A DNA stretch of 47,857 bases from a virus (lineage: Duplodnaviria > Caudoviricetes): IMG/VR virus record IMGVR_UViG_3300017700_000660, positions 1 through 47,857 of that record. One strand, written 5' to 3'. Each line of letters begins with the position of its first letter. Positions within the stretch are counted from its first letter, which is position 1. This document shows, in pieces, positions 1-8,000 of the stretch. The notes beneath the pieces were generated by a model. It worked only from the letters and a program-made list of their open reading frames with translations. It did not search any database and was not told the origin of the DNA. The translations under genes were made by a program, and so were the position numbers.

Positions 1-2
1 CC

Positions 3-833
3 ACCTTCGGACAAGTGGACGTGACTTCACCTGACGACCGCATTTGCTGCATCGAATTGCCAGAAGAACATGCGGGCGACGTCCATGCCGCTACCCGCCG
101 CGCCATCGTCCGCGCAGCCGCTGTAACGAAGAACGACGAGCGCATCAAGGCTGGGCGCGCAGCAAAGCCTATCCCGCCCAACCTAGGTCACGTTCGGGCA
201 AACCGGGAGAAGGCGCTGTTCTCCCACATCTGGAACTACGGCCGCCAGGAAGGGCTCACGAATCTGCCGAACCCGTGCGCTGGCATCAAGGGCTTCACGG
301 AAGAGGGCCGGGACGTGTATGTTGACGACCCCCTGATGGCGAAGGTCATAGCCAAGGCGGTCAAGCCGCTGGTGTTTGCGCTGCGCCTGGCTCACCTGAC
401 GGGCCAGCGGCCGGCCGACGTGCGCAAGATGTCCGAGAGCCACATCAACAACGGCTTCCTCCATGTGAAGCAAGGGAAAACTGGCGCCATGCTGCGCATT
501 GCCATCGTGGGCGAGCTGGCCGACCTGTTGGCCGAAATCAAGGCCTTCAAGGATGCCCTGGGCGTGCACGCGCTGCAGCTCCTTGTCAATGAGGATGGCC
601 TGCCACTGACCTACAACATGCTGCGCAACCGGTTCGATGACGCGCGCGAGGCCGCCGGCATCGACAAGAATCTGTTCCAGTTCCGCGATCTGCGGGCCAA
701 GGCGGCGACGGAAGCTGACGATGCGGAAGGCGGCATCAAGCATGCGCAGAGCCTGCTGGGCCACACTACCGAGACGATGACAAACGACTACGTCAGGAAC
801 AAATTGGGCAAGAAGGTGCAGCCCCTGCGCTGA
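3..833 (+). CDS. int: Tyrosine integrase (catalytic part; frame open from the window edge, N-terminus appears foreign)
   Basis: Catalytic motifs TGQRPADV (R), KQGKTG (K), FRDLRAKA (R-x-x-R variant of HxxR), LLGH (H), DYVR (Y); adjacent to the att core. Confidence 0.9.
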   Translation, partial: TFGQVDVTSPDDRICCIELPEEHAGDVHAATRRAIVRAAAVTKNDERIKAGRAAKPIPPNLGHVRANREKALFSHIWNYGRQEGLTNLPNPCAGIKGFTEEGRDVYVDDPLMAKVIAKAVKPLVFALRLAHLTGQRPADVRKMSESHINNGFLHVKQGKTGAMLRIAIVGELADLLAEIKAFKDALGVHALQLLVNEDGLPLTYNMLRNRFDDAREAAGIDKNLFQFRDLRAKAATEADDAEGGIKHAQSLLGHTTETMTNDYVRNKLGKKVQPLR

Positions 834-869
834 ATGTTTTGCGGAACAGTGCTATTTAATTGCGGAACA

Positions 870-904
870 AAAAGAAAGCCCGCTATCTTTTCAGGAGCGG
901 GCTT
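870..904 (-). terminator. Intrinsic terminator downstream of the tRNA 3' fragment
   Basis: Hairpin AAGCCCGCT(876-884)/AGCGGGCTT(896-904) followed by a T-rich tract on the minus strand. Confidence 0.6.
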
Positions 905-926
905 CGCAATGCCAGTAAGGCTTAGA

Positions 927-973
927 TGGTGGGTTCTGACAGATTCGAACTGTCGACCTACGGATTAAGAGTC
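927..973 (-). other. att core: 3' half of tRNA-Lys(CTT), anticodon loop to CCA
   Basis: Minus strand reads GACTCTTAATCCGTAGGTCGACAGTTCGAATCTGTCAGAACCCACCA (CTT anticodon loop, T-arm, CCA). D-arm and 5' acceptor strand are absent. Confidence 0.85.
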
Positions 974-1113
974 TGGTGCTATTTCCTTATAAATCAAAGG
1001 ACTTACGTCATATCTGTTCCGCAATTACTGAAAAATCGAGACCGGCAAACCCGCTAACTGGGCGGGACTCCATTTTTTTGCGGAATAGTTTTACGCCACG
1101 CTATCCTTGCTTC

Positions 1114-1422
1114 ATGTACACGGTCTACGAGGTCTACCGGGAAGGCATAGAGATGCCGGAAAGCTGGTGGCGCCCCCGGCGCGTGGTGGGCAACCTGGTG
1201 TTCGGCGAGGGGTCGCTCAGCCGCTACCGCTTCCCGGTGGCCAACGTCCTGGGGGCCGATGCAATGCCGCTGCTGGGAGAGCTGCAGTACGCCCGGCAGG
1301 AGGCCTACAAAGGCATGCTGGCAGTGCGAGGACTGCAGAAGCCGGCGCACGTCAAGGACCTGGAATGGCGCAAACGGTCTTATCCGCAGCTTTGGCTTTG
1401 TGTTCCGCTATCAAAAGAGTAG
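1114..1422 (+). CDS. Hypothetical phage protein (~102 aa)
   Basis: Phage-like codon usage from ATG 1114 (MYTVYEVYREG...). The upstream extension in the ORF track overlaps att DNA. Confidence 0.6.
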   Translation: MYTVYEVYREGIEMPESWWRPRRVVGNLVFGEGSLSRYRFPVANVLGADAMPLLGELQYARQEAYKGMLAVRGLQKPAHVKDLEWRKRSYPQLWLCVPLSKE

Positions 1423-1463
1423 CTAACAGCGCAATCACCGTATGGGCTCGAAGCTATTTTGGC
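1407..1463 (+). repeat. Dispersed dyad repeat, copy A
   Basis: GCTATCAAAAGAGTAGC-TAACA-GCGC-N11-GGGCT-N6-TATTTTGGC. Confidence 0.75.
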
Positions 1464-1537
1464 GGTAAATCATGTGCTCAGGGCCTAATGAGGTCCTGGC
1501 ATTGTGTTGCCGGGCAGACAGGCGGATAATTCCAGCC

Positions 1538-1837
1538 ATGCTCAAACCCCTGCTGCTGGTCGCCCTCCTCCTAGTTGCCTGTTCTCAAGACGTGCCCAAG
1601 GTGGCGAACCGCACACCCGCCGAGCGCGCGGTACTGGCGGAAAAGAAACTGGCCGTGCCGCCGGTGCCGCGCACCTATGCTGTGGGACAGAACGAACTGG
1701 TGGTGGTCGAGGTACCTGTCGCCGACAGCCAGCACTTCGTTGATAAACAGCGCTGTATGGTGTTCCGGGACTTGGAGCTCAAGCAGGTCACGATGAGTTG
1801 TGGGCAGCAGCCGGATGTGCTGGTCGCCGCACCGTGA
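1538..1837 (+). CDS. Small lipoprotein (99 aa)
   Basis: MLKPLLLVALLLVA-C lipoprotein signal with LVAC lipobox; two further Cys. Confidence 0.75.
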   Translation: MLKPLLLVALLLVACSQDVPKVANRTPAERAVLAEKKLAVPPVPRTYAVGQNELVVVEVPVADSQHFVDKQRCMVFRDLELKQVTMSCGQQPDVLVAAP

Positions 1838-1958
1838 TGACAGACGGTAGTTGACATATCCTGCGAGAGGCGTAGATTGAGGTTTTCTTTTATTGAAGAA
1901 CTCAATTCAACCTTTTTAAGGGAATGAACATGAAGCGCTAAAACTGCTCTCACCAATG

Positions 1959-2000
1959 AAAAAAGCCCCCGCAGCCAAACGGCGCGGGGGCTTTTCTTTT
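1959..2000. terminator. Bidirectional intrinsic terminator ending the late operon
   Basis: A-tract, GCCCCCGC stem with GCGGGGGC, T-tract, between convergent genes. Confidence 0.85.
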
Positions 2001-2017
2001 GGCAGTGACGCGGCGCT

Positions 2018-5000
2018 TTAGTCCTTCTCGTTACCATCCACGGTGAGGCCGTTGCGCAGGTTTTCCTTCTTCTGGATCGCCTTGTCGCGTTCCTTTTCAA
2101 GAGTGCGTTCGCTGATGGCACCCTTGCTGGCGTAGCGCTGCAGCTTCTTGATTTCCCCGTCGATGTCACGAATCATCTTGCGCTTCATGCTGCCCTCGAT
2201 GGCCTCGGCTGTCTCCAGGTCCATGGGGCGCACTTTAATTCCGAAGGTCTGCATCGCGGCGTACTTCGGCTGAACAGGGTTGCCGTCCTTGCCGATGCCC
2301 GTGGCGTCGCCGCCCAGCACGTCAGGCACCCACTTCACTTCGCCGCCGTTGGCCTGGGCCAGGGCGTTCATGCCTCTATTCCAGTGATAGTTCCCGGCAG
2401 TGATGGCAGGCGTCAACTGAGTCCAGAGCCACGCTGACCGCTTCGCCGCTTTCTCGCCCATGGTGTCGTTGCTGTCCGTGATTTCCTTCCCGAGGAACAT
2501 GTCCTTGTTTCCGAGCATGGCCACCATGGTCGTGAAGATCGGGTGGCTGGGCGTGATCGGCTGGGGAATCGGCAGGCCGCCGGCGTTCGGGCTGGCGTCG
2601 AACAGGTCGCCGCCGGGGATGATGCGGCTGATGTCGATGAACAGCGGGAGCTTCGTGACCTCGTCCATGCCCAGGCGGATCGTCTTGGGCGTCATCAGTG
2701 CCGTCGTTCCCTTGTTCCAGGGTGGCAGGTGTTCGCGCTCGAGCTTTTCCTTCTCGCGGGCCTTGGCGCGGAACTCCGGGTCGGTCAGGTATTTCTTCAG
2801 CGTCTCCTGCCAACTGTCTTCATCGTCACCGGTGGCGATCGCGTAGGCCGCGGCGTTGATGCCCCACAGCACGGCAGCCGGCGCGGCCATGCGTACCGGA
2901 TGCGTCAGTGCCGTGTGCAGCAGGGCAGGTGCTGCCTTGTAGGTGTAGCTGAAGAACGGGATGCCGAAGTCGCGGATGCGGCGCGCGCCCTTGGGCAGGT
3001 CGTCGTAGGTGAAGATGTATTTCTGGGCGTAGTCGACAGCCTCCTGCGGCTCCAGGCCGCGCTCGCGGGCGTCCTTGTAGATCAGGTAGCGGAAGAACGT
3101 GTCCTCGCCCTGGTAGGCGGCGCCCATTGGCTTGCGCAGGAACATGGTCATGATGTCGAAACCCGTGCGAGCCACCTTCTCGCCCTTGGATTCCTGCTTT
3201 TGCGCCAGGATTTTCAGTTCCTCGGGCAGCGTGTTCATGAGCTCGGTGTCGCTGAGCGTTCCCAGGAACAGGCCGTTCTCTTTGGCCTCGGCCATCATCG
3301 GGCCCTTCTTCACGAAGTCGCGCGCGGCTGCCAGGTACTTATCGCCCCGGTGGTAACTCACGCCGGCCAGGTGCGCCATGGTCAGGTTGGACACCATGTT
3401 GTTCACGTGGGAAACGGGATTCAGGGCGGTCTTGCCCTCCTTCCAGATGCCCATGGCCTTGCGGTACATTTGCCACGCCGCGCTGGTGCTTTCCTCGATG
3501 TTGCTCAGCTGGCTCAGAGTCTCGGCGGGCACCCAGCGGCCGGCCAGCTTTCCGTAGACCTTGGCGCCGGTGCCGCTCACCGTGGTGGTGGGCACCTGCA
3601 CATAGCCCTCCTTTTCGAGGCGGGACGACTGCTCGGGGTCGGCGGCCATGCGGGCGAACATGCGGCCGACAGCGATGTCGCGGCCGGTCTGCATGTACCC
3701 CATGACAAACCGGAAGCCGGCGTCGCGGATCTCGCCCATCTTCTCGCGTTCTTCGGGCGTGAAGTCTCGCCACACCTGCACGCTGCCGTCCACCGATGGC
3801 AGGTTCGGCGTGTAGTCGGGGTCGCGCACCTCCCAGCCCAGGGCCTCGTAATCCTTGAGCTGGTCCTCGGGGATGGTTTCGTACAGCCCGCGGCCTTTCA
3901 GGTTCTTGCCCTTGATGCCCTTCATGACCGACTGGCGGCCGGTTAGGCGCTTCATGGCGTCAGCCCAGGCATCGCCCACCTTGGCGCTCAACTTGGACTC
4001 GTAGTAGCGCGGCAGGTACTTCCCGCGCCACTTGTCGGCGCTGTCCTTGGTCAGCATGTCCAGTGCAACCAGTTCGTCGGTCTGGCGGCCCATGGCGTCG
4101 TTGATCATGGCCGCCAGCTTCACGGCGTGGGCTGGGGGGATGACGCCGACTTGCAGCTCCTGCTCAACCAAGTCGGAGACCATGGCGCGCTCGGCCTCGC
4201 TCAGCTTGGTGGTTTCCTTGGCGATGGCGCCGGCGGTTTCCTGGGCTTTCTCGACGTCGATCTTCATCTGGCGCAGCTGGCGGCGCAGTTCGGGGCTGGC
4301 GGCTTTCAGGCCTAGGCGGGTGAGCGTCGGGCCGGAGGCTGTGCCAATCTTGTCGTACAGCCATGCGCCTGGCGCGAACTGCAGGCGGCCGGTGGCGTCG
4401 CGCCACGGGGAGAGTTCGGCCTTGGCGGTCGGTTGCTTGGCGTCGGCAATTCCCTGCTGGGCATCGTCTGGCTTGGCGCGGCTGAAGCGGATGTCTGCGT
4501 TGGACGGGCCAAAAGTCCCGCGGTTGCCGATCGCAGATTTCACCTGTGTAGGCTCGAACGCGATGTAGTGCACGACACCCTTCTTCATGCCGACCATCTT
4601 CTTGCCAGTGCTTCGTTCGCTTCCAAACTTGGCATTGACAGTGTTGTCGATGATTCCATCGAACCCGGCTTCTTCAAAGGCCTGACGGATGATCTCGGTG
4701 CTGTAGAGATTGCCGTTCTCGTCAGTTGCGTACTGCAGTCCTTCGGATGCTTTGAGCTTATCAATGAGCTCGGAAGCCTTGATGCCGCCGTCGCCCATCG
4801 CATCGCTCAAGTCCTCGGCGATTTGCCCGTAATTCATGTCGTCATAGCCCATGCGCTGTAGAGCCATCAGCACGTCGACAAGCGTTCCGGTTTCCTCGCC
4901 ATAGTCGTCTGTTTCCTCATCGTATGGTTGTTCGAACCCGAAGACGGTTTCGTTCTTGCCGCCGATGACAACTGGGTTTTTGATCGCCAGATACACGGGC

Positions 5001-8000
5001 ATGGTTGCGCCAGCATGTTCGCTGAACTCTTTTCTGGCCAGTGCGCGGGCTTTGTCCATATCAACAGGCTCGGCAGAATCCTCCAATTCCCGCTCAATTT
5101 GCTCGGCTCGACGTTCAATCTTGTTAGTCAAGTCAGGGCCTTCACCGGCGTAGTTGGCCTCAACGTCGCTGGACATATTGGTGAAATAGAAACCTGCGCC
5201 CATGTCTGATTCTGGATTGGCCCGCTCCTTTTGAAATTCCGTAAAGTCTGCGGTCGTGCCATGAAATACGCGCAGCGGCTTACCTTTGGCATCGACAACT
5301 TTTGACCCTTCGAACCACGCCTTAAAGGCCGGTGTACTCAATGGGTCGGTGCGCTCGGACTCCAGGCGTCCAATGGCCGCCGCGCTCTCCGGGTTCTCCA
5401 TCTGCGCAATACCGAAGGCTAGGTCCACCAGGTCCTGCGTCTTGAACGTTTCAGGCTTGCCCGTGACCTTGCCCCAGGCCTGCTGCATGGCGAACTTCAC
5501 GGAGCCCAGCCAGCGCGCGACAGTTCCCTTCTTGGCGATCAGCGACGGCTTCACGCCCATCTTGATGGCGGCTTCCACGGCGTAGGGGAACATCTCCTGG
5601 CTGGAAAGCTCGGTGCCCACGGCTTCAACCTGCCGGCGGGCGTAGGTGTACACCGCGCGCTCGTCGCTGTCCTCTTCCGCATTGGCCCAGCCGTTGATGG
5701 TGTCGTGCAGTTTTTCCCAGCCTTCAGCGCCCAGCACGGTCTGGCCGTGCTTGTGCATGAGCTCGTGCGCGGCTACGGCCTGTTCGTCGCCGGTAGGGAT
5801 GTGGTCGGCGATCAGGAAGACGGTTTTGGTGCGGGGGTCGTAGAAGGCCTGGGCAGCGCCGGCCTTTTCGTCAGCGGATAGCTGGACGTTCAAACCAATC
5901 TGAGGTTCCCAGTAGGCTTTAATCTCGCTGGCGGTGGTGGCCACCACGCGGCCCAGCTTGTTGGGCAGTTGCTTGCCGCCGATGAGTTCGGCGACGGCCG
6001 CCTGGACGCGGTCTACTGTGCTGGGGTTGCGGACTGCTGCTTGAGGTCCTGCTGATACAGCGTTTCCATCATTTCCTCGACGTCCGCCGTCTGTTCCGGT
6101 GTCCGTGGTCGCGCGTGACTCTTGCGGTTGTCCTCGCGTTCCTTGAGTACTTTTTCGGGTGTCATATGCGTTCCTGAATTGTTGGGGCGAAAGGTTCGCC
6201 TCCATGAAGTCTTCGGACCGGGGAAACGACGCGCCCATCTTATCCCAGAAGCCCGTGGCCGTGGGCAGGATGTCGTGGATGTGCAGCTTCGCGCCCGCCG
6301 GCAGGCTCTCGACAATGCCACCCACCACCTTCTCGGCCATAGCGTTGCCGCGCTTGCTCTGGAAAATCTCGATGTTGCGCAGGGATTTGAAAACGCCGGA
6401 AGCATCGACGTCCAGGGTGATGGTGCCGACGTGCGACTCTTCCTGGGCATCGCTGACGCTTGCGCCGTCAGCCCGGGCTTCAGCGTAGAGCACGCGGTCA
6501 CGGATTTCGTAGTCGATGCGCTTGACGCCGCCGCCCGGCTGCCGAACGTTCAGTTGCGGGTTTGCCAGGGCGATCTCCGGGGTTTTGAAGGCGGTAGCGC
6601 CGGACTTGGTTTTGAAGGCTTCCAGGGGCGGCACCGGGCCGGGCGTGGCTGCGCGGCTCATGGCAATCTGTCCGTCCTGGTCCTTGGCTGGATAGGCGGC
6701 CTGCACCTCTTCAGGCGTCAGCGTGCCGGCCTTCACGTCCTTGAGCACGTCCAGGCGGTCCTTTCCGGTCACGCCAGCGGCGTCCAGAATGTCGGTGGCC
6801 TGCTCTGCCGGCGCGCGGCTGAACATCGGCTGTTGGTTGGGGTCTGCGTCGGCGGCGCGCTCGCTACCCGTCAGGGTGAACTCGTTGACCTCGGCGTCGG
6901 CCTTGGCTTTGTTGTCAGCGGCGGTGGCGGCCTTCGCGTCGGCTTTGGCGCCGTCGCCCGCACGCTGCTGCTGGGCCAGCACATCCTCCTTGGTGGGCGC
7001 GGTCAGGCCGGCTGGTTCCGTGGCACGGTTGAGCCCGCCCAGGTACTCGCCGATGGGGACGGCCTCGTATTTTTCGGTGTTGAGCGCATCGACCTTCTTG
7101 CGGTCAAACGTCTCCAGGATGACGTTGCCGGTGGACTTCTCACGAATAACCCAGCTGGCCGTGCGCGCCAGGCTGTTGGTTGGCTTCAGCCCTTCGGCGT
7201 CATCCCGCGGCGCTGCATTTCCTTCTTCGCCACGGCCTTGCGCTGCGTTTTTGGCAGTTTCATCAGTTCGGCCACGGCTTTCGCTACCTTGGCCCGGGCT
7301 TTGGGATTGGCTGGCAGTGGCATCTTGAATCTCCTGGTCGGTGAAGCCGAGCGCGCGCATGGCGTCCTCGGTGCTGGTGTTGCTGGTTGTGTCGTTGAAC
7401 GGAATGCCTGCGTCCAGGTCCTCCAGGACGTCGTCAGGGAGTTGCCGGGCGAATTCCTCGGCGGCATCCATGCGGGCCTGCATTTCGTCTTCCGCCACAC
7501 CCTCGGCGTACTGGGCGATTATCCGCTTGCCACGCAGGGCGTCAAGGATCAGGTTCTGGAGTTTCGCTTCGTCGGCTTCAAGCAGGAAGCCCTCCTCCAC
7601 CGCGCGCTGCGCCAGCTCGTCCAGCTGCAGGCCGGACTTGCGGAACACCGGGCCGTAGCCCTGCACCATGGCTGCCTGCCGCTCTTTGCGGCCAGGCGCG
7701 AACTCGTTGGCCAGCGCGTTGCTGATTCCGTGCTTGCCCAGGAATGCCTTGAACGGGTTTGCCTCGTTGGCGCGTGTGCGCGCGGCGTTGCCGGGAACCT
7801 TGCGCGCTTTCTCGCTGGCGGCGAATTCCGCCCGTTGGGCAGCGGCATCAGGTGCTATCGAAACAGTAGCATCCTGCGCAGGTATCGTATGGGCTGGAGC
7901 CTGATTTGATGCGCCAAAAATACGGGCTTTTTTGCCCAGCGCGCCGGAGTCGAGCAGCGCCTTGCGAATCTGGTCATCGCTGGCGCCGGCGGGCACTGTC

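Larger units (their letters stand above)
839..1087. repeat. Arm-type integrase-binding repeats flanking the att core
   Basis: TTGCGGAACA at 839-848 and 860-869, inverted copy TGTTCCGCAA at 1015-1024, TTGCGGAATA at 1078-1087. Confidence 0.75.

Noticed and set aside
927-1000. Complete tRNA-Lys gene
   Set aside because: No D-arm or 5' acceptor strand, and the anticodon stem does not pair; only the att core fragment is present.
988-1004. IHF site in attP (AATCAAAGGACTTA)
   Set aside because: Spacing is one base off WATCAANNNNTTR; plausible but not supportable.
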